62,289 bases of DNA from a virus (taxonomy: Duplodnaviria; Caudoviricetes): positions 1-62,289 of the IMG/VR virus record IMGVR_UViG_3300025654_000009. One strand, given 5' to 3'. The notes under the pieces were generated by a model, which had not been told where the DNA came from, ran no database searches, and was given only the letters and a program-made list of their open reading frames with translations. The position numbers and the translations under genes are program-made. Position 1 is the stretch's first letter. Each line of letters opens with the position of its first letter. This document shows, piece by piece, positions 19,596 to 28,112 of this stretch.

Positions 19596-22005
19596 CTTTT
19601 TGTATGTTTTTGTTAACCTTATCTGTTATAAAGATTATCCACCTACCATTTAAGTCTCTACCTTCTTCAGGGTTGTTGTTGGTTTTAAATAATGCAAATG
19701 ATTTTAACCATCTATAAAACTCTGTTCTAGATATAGTTCGTTTAGCTTTAGGCGCAAAGTCTGGATTGTCTTGAATGAAATCCATATACAATTCATTCTT
19801 GTATATCTTCTCATCATACTTAATAATCTCGTTTTTAAATTCTCCACCAAATAATCCACACCATTCAACAAACTCATGAGCGGTATCTGCACCTAAGTTT
19901 CTAACTGTCTGATTCTTAAAGTTACCTTTAATCAAACCCTTAGTAAGGTAGAACATAACATTCTCAATCATATAGTTGTCAAAGGCACACCATTCATCTT
20001 CATCCCATTCAGTAAATAATAATTTACCAAACTCAACCAATGGAGTAAAGTCTTTGGTATAGAATTGAGCAAACTCAAGCTCCCACTTTCTCCTTGCAAA
20101 TGAATTACCCCTACCTTTTATGGCGTAGTTAGTTGTTATAGAAACCTTAGGGGATTTACTAAATGGAATCTTGATAGCATCCTTATTCTTCTTCTCTAAA
20201 GTAAGGCCTTCAGTAACAACACTAAACAGCCGTTCAAAATCAAAATGTTTCTTTACATCATCAAAGCATAGTATCTGTGTATCAGCACTAACCAATTGAT
20301 ATGCAAAGCTCTTCTCAAAGTTAAACGACTTACCATCAATGGTAACAAGTTTCTTCATTTGAGATAACGCATTCATAAATAAACCCTTACCTGTTCCTCC
20401 TTCAGGGTTCTCAGATATAATCTCATCGTTCAATATAATTGCTGGACAATAAGATAGATTCTTATAAGCGTGTAACATATATCCTATAGTACTTCTCATA
20501 GAATGAATTGTTTGCTTATCTCCTCCTGATATATTTTTTATAAATGTTTTGTAATCACAATTAAAAGAATCGCAAAGCTCAAAGTCTCTATCTATAACCT
20601 GATCTTTCCAAACATAACCACCAAGGTCTAAGTAATCTATTGTTGTTTTCTTGGTCTTAGTTACCTTTACAGCACAATTCCTGTAGTACAGGTAAGCTGT
20701 GTCTTTATCATCCTCTATAAAGTATACATCCACAGTACCTAACAGAGATAAAAACTCTTCCCTGAAGAACCTAGTCTTGTCTGCAAAGTAATTGTATACA
20801 GACATATCATCAAGGTCTTCTAAGTATCCTAATACAAAATCCTTAATCTCTTCCTCAGTTGTATGGTCTATTAGATTGTTAGTTACCCTTACAAAAATAA
20901 AGTTCTTGCTTCCTTGAGGACTAAACTTAAAGAATCCATTATCTTCAAGAAACTTTCTAAATAGATAGTGTATGATTGTTATAACACCTTTATCACTTTT
21001 ATTCCAAAACCTTTTCTCGCTCTCGTCCTCTTCAATTGAGGTGATAACAGAATCAATTACAGCGTCTTCAATCTTGGATTCAGCTAACTGAAGACGGATT
21101 TCTTTTTTTGACACTCCACGCTTGAGCTTCATCCTTAGCTGATTAACTCTGTCCTCGTCTTCATAGTACTTAGAACCATGGTTCTGTGTCTGTGCATACG
21201 CTGAGTTTATAGTGGTTTGTATTTCATTCATTGTGAAATCACTACTCTGAAACTGAGACATGATATATTCTGTTAGTGACTTAGTAACTCCATAGTCATT
21301 AAGGGCTGCGGCTAATATATATATGTTGTTGTTTCTCTCGCCATCAACTATACCATACTTCTTAGTCCACCACTTCATAAGTATCTCTACTATCTTGTTC
21401 TCATTAGTGACAGGTATTGTAGGCCTAGAAGAATACTTATCTACTACCCTGTACTCCTGTTCTTCTATCTTGTTCCAGGTGTTTGAGTTCTCATTAATAT
21501 AGATAAGAGGATCGTAGGACTCATAACAAACTCTTGATATATTCTTACTTGTCTTATCAAAGTAGTCTGAATTATAATGCTTCTCCAATGACATGAAGTA
21601 GTTCTTGTGATTGTTTGGTTCTTTAGGAATTTTTACTAAAGCCTTAAGACCATTACCACTTGGAGATATGAATACTGAATACACATACCTGTCTTTTGAT
21701 AGCCTTTCTTTTTCAGACATCATGTCTTTCTTGGTTTTATAACCATCAAAGTCTAAACAAATGAAGCCACTATGTAGAGTGATGCTATCATCGTTTCTTT
21801 TATTAAACATCCCTGAAAAACATATTGCAGGAAGATTCTTTTTTAATTCTTGTCGTACCTCTTTATTTTTCTCAGCACGAATCTGTTTTATTATATCCTT
21901 GGAAGTACCTTCTTTGATCCTAACCAATATAGACTCTATATCTCTAAAGAATGGTGTTGAGGTATCTTTTATATTCCTGAATATAGTTACTTGATTTTTT
22001 TCCAT
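19573..22005 (-). CDS. Primase-helicase (VirE_N/BT4734-like + PriCT + P-loop helicase)
   Basis: KKNLP..FSG, ICLDFD, FISPSGNGLK, SYDP; GERNN (PriCT); Walker A GGTGKG; Walker B FDD; ITTN. Confidence 0.85.
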   Translation of the reverse strand: MEKNQVTIFRNIKDTSTPFFRDIESILVRIKEGTSKDIIKQIRAEKNKEVRQELKKNLPAICFSGMFNKRNDDSITLHSGFICLDFDGYKTKKDMMSEKERLSKDRYVYSVFISPSGNGLKALVKIPKEPNNHKNYFMSLEKHYNSDYFDKTSKNISRVCYESYDPLIYINENSNTWNKIEEQEYRVVDKYSSRPTIPVTNENKIVEILMKWWTKKYGIVDGERNNNIYILAAALNDYGVTKSLTEYIMSQFQSSDFTMNEIQTTINSAYAQTQNHGSKYYEDEDRVNQLRMKLKRGVSKKEIRLQLAESKIEDAVIDSVITSIEEDESEKRFWNKSDKGVITIIHYLFRKFLEDNGFFKFSPQGSKNFIFVRVTNNLIDHTTEEEIKDFVLGYLEDLDDMSVYNYFADKTRFFREEFLSLLGTVDVYFIEDDKDTAYLYYRNCAVKVTKTKKTTIDYLDLGGYVWKDQVIDRDFELCDSFNCDYKTFIKNISGGDKQTIHSMRSTIGYMLHAYKNLSYCPAIILNDEIISENPEGGTGKGLFMNALSQMKKLVTIDGKSFNFEKSFAYQLVSADTQILCFDDVKKHFDFERLFSVVTEGLTLEKKNKDAIKIPFSKSPKVSITTNYAIKGRGNSFARRKWELEFAQFYTKDFTPLVEFGKLLFTEWDEDEWCAFDNYMIENVMFYLTKGLIKGNFKNQTVRNLGADTAHEFVEWCGLFGGEFKNEIIKYDEKIYKNELYMDFIQDNPDFAPKAKRTISRTEFYRWLKSFALFKTNNNPEEGRDLNGRWIIFITDKVNKNIQKDDSRFSF
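21063..21109 (-). promoter_or_regulatory. Candidate -1 ribosomal frameshift signal (A AAA AAA + hairpin)
   Basis: In-frame heptamer 21109-21103, 6-nt spacer, perfect 8-bp stem CGTCTTCA/TGAAGACG. Confidence 0.55.
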
Positions 22006-22100
22006 GTCGATTTTGTTTCTCTATATACTCTTTTATACGTTTATACTTTATTTTATTTTAATTTGCCATAACTAAGGGAAATAATTGACATTTCCGACAT
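22004..22100. promoter_or_regulatory. TGTCGA-flanked AT-rich element upstream of the primase-helicase
   Basis: ATGTCGATTTT...AGGGAAATAATTGACATTTCCGACAT mirrors 29774-29869. Confidence 0.55.
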
Positions 22101-22114
22101 TGATAATAGAAAAT

Positions 22115-22135
22115 AAAAGGGGCTTTTACACCCCT
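22115..22135 (-). terminator. Intrinsic terminator-like hairpin after ssb
   Basis: Minus strand AGGGGTGTAAAAGCCCCTTTT then T-rich sequence. Confidence 0.6.
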
Positions 22136-22156
22136 AATACTTAACAACATGGATCT

Positions 22157-22432
22157 TTAGAATGGTAAATCTGACTGTTGAACAGGTGCTTGGTTGGGAG
22201 CTGTGTCCACGCCATTAGTCTGTTTCTTAGGTACAAAAGTATCTAATTCAACATAAGGTTTCCCTGCCTGGCTGTTCAAAACGTTTAGGTTTACCCATCC
22301 GTTTTTTTGATGCGTGTTTAAAAAAGCAACAGCTTCTTCAACTTTTACGCTGATGTTTCCGATTACGAACTCTGGTGCGTTCTCTCTTCTTTTGAAAAGA
22401 AATCCGTCTGCAAATACTTTGTCTTGTGACAT
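22157..22432 (-). CDS. Putative single-stranded DNA-binding protein
   Basis: 91 aa, C-terminal SDLPF tail, next to exonuclease and annealase. Confidence 0.65.
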   Translation of the reverse strand: MSQDKVFADGFLFKRRENAPEFVIGNISVKVEEAVAFLNTHQKNGWVNLNVLNSQAGKPYVELDTFVPKKQTNGVDTAPNQAPVQQSDLPF

Positions 22433-22507
22433 AATTATTGGTATTAATTTTGGGTGCTTAGTTGGAGAAGCACCGCTGACTCCTTAAAAATGATGATTGT
22501 GAACAGT

Positions 22508-23245
22508 CTAAAACTCCTCGTACTCTATGTGTTGTGTAATGTCCTGTGCTGAATCTTTAGCAAAGAACTTATTGTATACTTCAATGGCTCTTAAAACCTT
22601 GTCTCTACCCCTTAAAAGAGTTTCCTCAGATGGTTTAGCAATCTTTAGTTTAAGTGTTGTCTTATCTATTATATAGAACTCTACAGGTTTTCCAAACAAC
22701 TGCTCATATATATAAGCTTGGCTGTCATAGTTGTAGTCGTTTGCACTCCACTTAAATTTATCTACATTTCCAGTAGTCTTAATGTCTATTACTTTATCAG
22801 CCGTAACAATGTCTGCCTTACCTTTCCATTCCATTCCAAAGATAGTAGCTACCGCAGGTTGCTCATAAATATTACCCTCTGCATATATATCTGTATACAT
22901 TACAAAGTTAGACTTCATAGCATCAACCCATGTGTTTATCTTGCTTACTTCTTTTGTAAGCAGTACATCGTATGGATCAAGGTCATTGTCATTTATATAG
23001 TCCTTAAATCCCTTGGTTGCCCTACTTGATACATCCATAACACTATATGTATCTATCTTCTCAGGCTCAAGCATTGCTGTGTGAAAGTATCCTCCCTCTA
23101 TTAAAGGGAGTGACTTCTCTTTCTTTCTAAAATTTCTAGGATTTTTAAGTAAGCTATAGATATCTGAATTAGATAAATATTGCTGACCAACCTTTCCATA
23201 GTAATTAGAATCTTCTTTGAGTTGCTCTATAATATTACTTTGCAT
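22508..23245 (-). CDS. RecE/exonuclease VIII-like PD-(D/E)xK exonuclease
   Basis: LSNS, G..FHTAMLEP, KGKAD, IDIKTT, YDSQAYIY motifs. Confidence 0.85.
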   Translation of the reverse strand: MQSNIIEQLKEDSNYYGKVGQQYLSNSDIYSLLKNPRNFRKKEKSLPLIEGGYFHTAMLEPEKIDTYSVMDVSSRATKGFKDYINDNDLDPYDVLLTKEVSKINTWVDAMKSNFVMYTDIYAEGNIYEQPAVATIFGMEWKGKADIVTADKVIDIKTTGNVDKFKWSANDYNYDSQAYIYEQLFGKPVEFYIIDKTTLKLKIAKPSEETLLRGRDKVLRAIEVYNKFFAKDSAQDITQHIEYEEF

Positions 23246-23831
23246 AATTGGAAAGTTCTTTTTTAGTAGCCGCAGTTAACGTAAACTTCTGCTCAACCTT
23301 AGCTATCGTTGATGAAAATGGTTCGTTCTTATTAGCCTTAACAAAGTTTACTACATCATTCCACTTATCATGTGTCTTCTTTAATGTAGGCTTTGATTTA
23401 GTATCTGTAACAACTTTTGCTGTGTTCTCACTAATATCTACTAAGTCTTCTCCGGCCCATAGAGACAATCCCAATCCATGCATAGCAATAGCCTTAACCG
23501 TACTACGCTGTATGGTCTTGTTTACTGCGAATGATGTAATCTTATCTACTGTAAGTGATTGGTTGTTGTGTCCCATTATAGGTAAGTAGTCGATATGCTC
23601 TACACCTTCTATTGTTACACCTACCTTTACATAACCTGTTCGGCCATCTGTGAAGAAGTTTAACTCGGTTGCCTCTGACTCATATACCTTACGGTTTGCA
23701 TCAGGGTATTGGTCTTTAACCATAGCCCAGGCATAAGCCCACGATAGGTAATCGAATCTACCTTTCTTTTCTACTCTGTCTTTTACACTAACTGAAGTTA
23801 ATGTTTTAAATGTACTCTTTGTGTTTCCCAT
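23235..23831 (-). CDS. Sak3-like (DUF1071) ssDNA annealing protein
   Basis: EKKGRFDYLSWAYAW...LPIM...NKTIQR..VKAIAMHGLGL. Confidence 0.85.
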   Translation of the reverse strand: MGNTKSTFKTLTSVSVKDRVEKKGRFDYLSWAYAWAMVKDQYPDANRKVYESEATELNFFTDGRTGYVKVGVTIEGVEHIDYLPIMGHNNQSLTVDKITSFAVNKTIQRSTVKAIAMHGLGLSLWAGEDLVDISENTAKVVTDTKSKPTLKKTHDKWNDVVNFVKANKNEPFSSTIAKVEQKFTLTAATKKELSNYAK

Positions 23832-23837
23832 GTTTAC

Positions 23838-24209
23838 TTATTTTAAATTACTATATTTATTAATTAATGTTTCTCGTTTTGTTTTTAAAGAATCGTAATG
23901 CTTCTTATTGTTTCTAGTATTTATCTCGGTTTTTATTTTATCTGTTATTCTGTCTATGCTTTTTTTATACATTCTTTTAACTATTAGATGTACAGCATCT
24001 ACCCAACCAAGCATATTAAAATTACTATATTCCTCATCATTTAATTCACGATACTGAAAGTTAGCATTAAACGTGCTGAATATTTTTATATCATCATCTA
24101 ACTTAGATATTTTAATGCCTCTGTATATAAAGGCCTCTTCATTACGCCAATTTAGACTAACAGACTTTTTGTATTCTTTAGCTTCAGTAAATACTTCTTC
24201 TAGTCTCAT
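23838..24209 (-). CDS. Hypothetical protein
   Basis: 123-aa ORF, ATGA-coupled. Confidence 0.7.
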   Translation of the reverse strand: MRLEEVFTEAKEYKKSVSLNWRNEEAFIYRGIKISKLDDDIKIFSTFNANFQYRELNDEEYSNFNMLGWVDAVHLIVKRMYKKSIDRITDKIKTEINTRNNKKHYDSLKTKRETLINKYSNLK

Positions 24210-24511
24210 GATTCTTGATGTTCATATAATTCGATACCTTTGTTTATGAAGTTAAAAACATCAGGATCTTGTTGTTCAGTTAACTTATTTATTCCATTCT
24301 CTACGTTTTGTCTAGAGGTAACATATCCATTGTCTGACATCAGATCTACTATCTGCATGATACTCATTGGTCTTTGATAACACATTACCCATAATATCCA
24401 TCTTGCATTAGATATCTTTCTTGTTGTATCTTTTTTAAAAAGATCAGACTTTTTTACATCTAAACCACCACATACATACTTAACGTAAATATTAAATATT
24501 CCTTTTTTCAT
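24206..24511 (-). CDS. Second, divergent DnaA C-terminal-like HTH protein
   Basis: DLFKKDTTRKISNARWILW...MSIMQI...NVENGINK pattern. Confidence 0.5.
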   Translation of the reverse strand: MKKGIFNIYVKYVCGGLDVKKSDLFKKDTTRKISNARWILWVMCYQRPMSIMQIVDLMSDNGYVTSRQNVENGINKLTEQQDPDVFNFINKGIELYEHQES

Positions 24512-24717
24512 TTGTGTGTTTTTTTTAAATTAAACTTAGTTTCTTTTTCCACTCCAAATATATCGCCCCAAGCAGCAAAGATCTCGTTGAGTACTCCACG
24601 TTGTTGTCTGTGATGATACTCAGCTTCCTGGTATTCATCATCAATAAATGATGCTAATGTTTGTTTTGGTAGTTGTTGTTCACGTTCTCTGTTGAACATT
24701 TCTTTTGATTTCCCCAT
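24508..24717 (-). CDS. Hypothetical protein
   Basis: Start reassigned to MGKSKEMF, downstream of a promoter box. Confidence 0.6.
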   Translation of the reverse strand: MGKSKEMFNREREQQLPKQTLASFIDDEYQEAEYHHRQQRGVLNEIFAAWGDIFGVEKETKFNLKKTHK

Positions 24718-24740
24718 GTCTATTAAATTAGATTGTTTAA

Positions 24741-24748
24741 CAAATTTA
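24741..24748 (-). promoter_or_regulatory. Bacteroidota -7 promoter element TAAATTTG
   Basis: Minus-strand TAnnTTTG heading the replication operon. Confidence 0.55.
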
Positions 24749-24789
24749 CAAGTTATTTGTTTACTGTGCAACTTTTATTTGTTTTTTAT

Positions 24790-25014
24790 TTACTGTTCTC
24801 TTGCGTACTCTATTACTTGTTGGTATACCTGGTCATATATGTAGTCCCAAAAGAAATCTGTGATGTCCATTCCATCTAACTCTACACATGTTATCTCCAA
24901 GTCCTCTTGAGGTGGATCTTCGTAACTTCCTGTGTTGTAGTAGTAATCATAGTCTATACTCATTTCATACTTTTCTCCTTTGATTGTGTATGTACCCTTG
25001 CTATTTATATTCAT
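24790..25014 (-). CDS. Early hypothetical acidic protein
   Basis: 74-aa ORF. Confidence 0.7.
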   Translation of the reverse strand: MNINSKGTYTIKGEKYEMSIDYDYYYNTGSYEDPPQEDLEITCVELDGMDITDFFWDYIYDQVYQQVIEYAREQ

Positions 25015-25034
25015 AACTCTATTTATTTAATTGA

Positions 25035-25301
25035 TTATAAATGTCCTCCTATTTTTCTTTCTTCGCATTCGTATCTCCACTCATGCTCTGCCTCTGAGTC
25101 CTCGTGTCCAGGGTGGTCGTATAATCCTGTCCCAAGTACAAACTCTGACTCGTTTAGCTTGTGGTCTATATCGTCTATCCATTCGTCTTCAATAGATAGT
25201 AGATACTCGTCAATCTTATCTGTTTCTACTGAATCAGGTATCTCTATCTCTAACTCTACAAACTTGTGGTATACACTACGTTGTTCGATTTTTAATTTCA
25301 T
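25035..25301 (-). CDS. Early hypothetical acidic protein
   Basis: Start reassigned to MKLKIEQR (25301). Confidence 0.65.
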   Translation of the reverse strand: MKLKIEQRSVYHKFVELEIEIPDSVETDKIDEYLLSIEDEWIDDIDHKLNESEFVLGTGLYDHPGHEDSEAEHEWRYECEERKIGGHL

Positions 25302-25356
25302 AACTATAATTGTTTTGACAGTCCACAAAAAACTATGATTGTGAACAATTGTCTGA

Positions 25357-25506
25357 TTAATACTTGTATTTAATGTCACTCACTTCTCTTACTATTATCT
25401 CATAAGAATGGTCGCAATACATTATTGCCCATTGCTTTGCTTCGTCAAGGGTTCTCGCTAGTATGAATGTTACTTCATCTGCATTGTATATCATGAACTT
25501 ACTCAT
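25357..25506 (-). CDS. Small hypothetical protein (49 aa)
   Basis: Hand-translated MSKFMIYNADEVTFILART... Confidence 0.5.
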   Translation of the reverse strand: MSKFMIYNADEVTFILARTLDEAKQWAIMYCDHSYEIIVREVSDIKYKY

Positions 25507-25600
25507 CGTTCTCGTCATTAAATTCGGCATGCTCTAGGCAGTCCCCACATATCTCGTCACTTAAGTAACTCGGCTCTGCACCGCAACAATTACTAATCAT
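25499..25600 (-). CDS. 33-aa putative zinc-binding mini-protein
   Basis: MISNCCGAEPSYLSDEICGDCLEHAEFNDENDE; ATGA-coupled to the upstream gene. Confidence 0.6.
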   Translation of the reverse strand: MISNCCGAEPSYLSDEICGDCLEHAEFNDENDE

Positions 25601-25839
25601 ATCGTATAGATTGTGTGTTCATCTTTACTTCCTCCAATAAACCCTGCACCTCCATCATTACCCTCATCATCTGATTGTAATACGAGGTATGTTGAATCTG
25701 TGAATATTATACATAGTGGCCTCTTGTACCAACCGAAGTCGTCTGCCTCTTCTTGTGTTAGGTATCTACATGAGTCTACCTTTTTACCTTTTAAAATCTT
25801 TTCAAATCTTAGTCCATGTTTTTCATCTGTTGTTCTCAT
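25597..25839 (-). CDS. Early hypothetical protein
   Basis: 80 aa with SDDEGNDGG motif. Confidence 0.7.
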   Translation of the reverse strand: MRTTDEKHGLRFEKILKGKKVDSCRYLTQEEADDFGWYKRPLCIIFTDSTYLVLQSDDEGNDGGAGFIGGSKDEHTIYTI

Positions 25840-25841
25840 AT

Positions 25842-26093
25842 CTATTTATTTTTCCATTTATATTCCATTTGTTTAATAAATTTTACTACTGCATTGTACC
25901 TGGTATTTAAGTCGTATCCTTCCTCAAATTGCCAACCACTTCCAAAATCATTTACTAACTTTGCCATTACAGGCATAAGCCAATCCCATGATTTGTGGTA
26001 ATTTATTCCTTTATTACCTATCTTAGAGTAATCGTAGCCATTTTCATCTGAATACACCCCCATAAATTCTGCTATTATTTTGTTGTCTTTCAT
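25842..26093 (-). CDS. Early hypothetical protein
   Basis: NKIIAEFMG...YHKSWDWLMPV motif, recalled from flavobacterial phages. Confidence 0.7.
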   Translation of the reverse strand: MKDNKIIAEFMGVYSDENGYDYSKIGNKGINYHKSWDWLMPVMAKLVNDFGSGWQFEEGYDLNTRYNAVVKFIKQMEYKWKNK

Positions 26094-26094
26094 T

Positions 26095-26757
26095 TTATAG
26101 TTCTAATATTTTAATTGCTTCCTCGTTTGTGTATTTTATATTCTCATCCCAATAGTCTGTGAGTGTCAAAAAATACCCCTCTCTAATGTCTTCTTCTACC
26201 TCACTACTATCTTTCCATTCTTCAAGGTACTCGTGAATTGCATACTCCTCCATTTTAAATAGCTTTGCATCTGTGTATCCTCCCCTTGCATCTGCACCAT
26301 TGTGTATTTGAATCAATACATAATCTTCATCATCTATGGTTAGGTTTGCGCCTTGCAGTATCTGTGATAGGTCGCTATGTCCATTGTATGTGTTCCACGT
26401 TCTATGTATCTCAACACCTGGCTGTTCCATCAACATGGCATATGCTTCTTTACTCACTCCGTACACATCTCCATCTGCATCCCAATTATCGTTCTCATCT
26501 TGTAGTCTGTTAAACTCCTCACAGATATCATCTATCTCTAGGTTGTTTGTTAAATAGTGGAATACAGATACCGTTCTGTGTATCTCTTTGTACTTTGCAT
26601 CTAAATGATACATTTCTTCTTCTTCATTCTCGAAGGCTTCAATGGTTTTCTTTTGGTTTCTTTGCCAACCTCTACCTTCTGATCCTCCACTATCTAAAAA
26701 GTGTTTACCGGTGTTCTCTGTTAACATCTCGTATACTAATTGTTTTGTGTTTTTCAT
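26095..26757 (-). CDS. Early hypothetical protein
   Basis: 220 aa; ENTGKHFLDSGG, NTYN, HNGADARGGYT motifs. Confidence 0.75.
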   Translation of the reverse strand: MKNTKQLVYEMLTENTGKHFLDSGGSEGRGWQRNQKKTIEAFENEEEEMYHLDAKYKEIHRTVSVFHYLTNNLEIDDICEEFNRLQDENDNWDADGDVYGVSKEAYAMLMEQPGVEIHRTWNTYNGHSDLSQILQGANLTIDDEDYVLIQIHNGADARGGYTDAKLFKMEEYAIHEYLEEWKDSSEVEEDIREGYFLTLTDYWDENIKYTNEEAIKILEL

Positions 26758-26784
26758 GTCTTTATTATTTATATTTTTATTTTA

Positions 26785-27087
26785 TTAATATCTTACAGTA
26801 TTGTAGTTTCCGGCTCTTGTCGTGCAACCTCTACTTGATACACATGAGGTCATCAAACTTAATAAGATCAATAGTATAAATGATATTGATACTAATTTTG
26901 TAAATACTTTAAAGCTACTGGCCCTGGCCATTACTTTTATTTTTTTTAGCCTATACTTGAATCTTTGGCATCTGTTTAAACTTCTAAGGGCCTCTTCATG
27001 AGTCCAAAATATATTTACTCTGTTTGTTACTGTATGTACTTTTGTTATTGTTGTGTACAATCCTGTTTGTGTTTCTCTAATTTCCAT
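26785..27087 (-). CDS. Early membrane/lipoprotein candidate
   Basis: C-terminal hydrophobic stretch ending LMTSC (lipobox-like); possible internal start at 26931. Confidence 0.55.
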   Translation of the reverse strand: MEIRETQTGLYTTITKVHTVTNRVNIFWTHEEALRSLNRCQRFKYRLKKIKVMARASSFKVFTKLVSISFILLILLSLMTSCVSSRGCTTRAGNYNTVRY

Positions 27088-27088
27088 C

Positions 27089-27193
27089 TTATTGTTTTTT
27101 ATCTGTTATTAAATGTTTTACTATTGTTATTATGCAAGCTATTGCAACGGCTATCATTATAGCCTCAGTTATTAATCTGTAAGTATCCATCAT
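27089..27193 (-). CDS. Small membrane protein (34 aa)
   Basis: Hand-translated MMDTYRLITEAIMIAVAIACIITIVKHLITDKKQ. Confidence 0.45.
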   Translation of the reverse strand: MMDTYRLITEAIMIAVAIACIITIVKHLITDKKQ

Positions 27194-27314
27194 GTTTGCT
27201 TTTAACTAGTTTATTAATTGTTTTTTTTAAATCTTTGTTCTGTATCTCAAGAGCTTCGATCCTGTGTTTTAAAAATTTGTATAAATCTTCATTCATTGTA
27301 TAAGTATTTATGTA

Positions 27315-27515
27315 TTAAAAATCATTTGTGTTTGTTGTGTACCCTACAGAAAACACATTGTTGTTTTCTTGATCAAGCATGTTAATTATATATTTGTAAA
27401 TCTTTGTTGCTGTAGGTCTCACGCAAAATTTGTTGTAGGTCTTGATCGTGTTTCCTTCTTTATCCTTCATGTAAAAATGGTGTAGTATCATGGTTTTATT
27501 TTTTATCTGTTCCAC
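27315..27515 (-). CDS. Early hypothetical protein
   Basis: 66-aa ORF. Confidence 0.6.
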   Translation of the reverse strand: MEQIKNKTMILHHFYMKDKEGNTIKTYNKFCVRPTATKIYKYIINMLDQENNNVFSVGYTTNTNDF

Positions 27516-28108
27516 TTATTTTTGATCGCAACCCATAGGATCGCTTGAAATTCATACCCTTTGTAGTTATATTCCTGGGCCAACTCAGCTGTCAATCGCT
27601 CAACCCTTCTGTATTGTTTTGCTGTAAGCGTTTCAACGCATGGTTGTACGCCTTCAGTTGGCCGGATCATGCATGCTCTTAAGTGCCATTTATCAATCGT
27701 TACGTGATCGCTTGATAGCTTGCCAACATTCATTGCGAAAGCATGTGTTTTTGGGGCTGTTTCTGAGATCATTTCGCCTTCTAAACATCTAAAAGCTTTT
27801 AGTTTGTTGTTGGTATATGTACAAACTTTTATGCTACCTGGATCAATACCGTTTTTGTGCGCTACAATAACTGCTTCAGCGTCAACCTTGTTGCGATCCC
27901 ATTTGTTATTGGGGCTTAAACAAGATACTACAGTTGCACAAGTGTAAGTATCAAGATCGTATTTTTTTGAAAGATATTGGCAAAATTCCTGTGCATCTTT
28001 GTACCATCCAAGACCGCTTTTGAAATCTTCATCTTGTGCTGCTTCAATCCATCTTTTTAGATTGTTTTTTATTTTTGTATTGCTGTAGTTTACGATTGAT
28101 TTTTTCAT
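27503..28108 (-). CDS. Early protein with possible HhH-GPD DNA glycosylase-like fold
   Basis: GWY..A, LSPNNKW..N, PKT..F..N, VTIDKWH.RA, FQAILW motifs; fold is inference. Confidence 0.5.
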   Translation of the reverse strand: MKKSIVNYSNTKIKNNLKRWIEAAQDEDFKSGLGWYKDAQEFCQYLSKKYDLDTYTCATVVSCLSPNNKWDRNKVDAEAVIVAHKNGIDPGSIKVCTYTNNKLKAFRCLEGEMISETAPKTHAFAMNVGKLSSDHVTIDKWHLRACMIRPTEGVQPCVETLTAKQYRRVERLTAELAQEYNYKGYEFQAILWVAIKNKWNR

Positions 28109-28112
28109 GATG

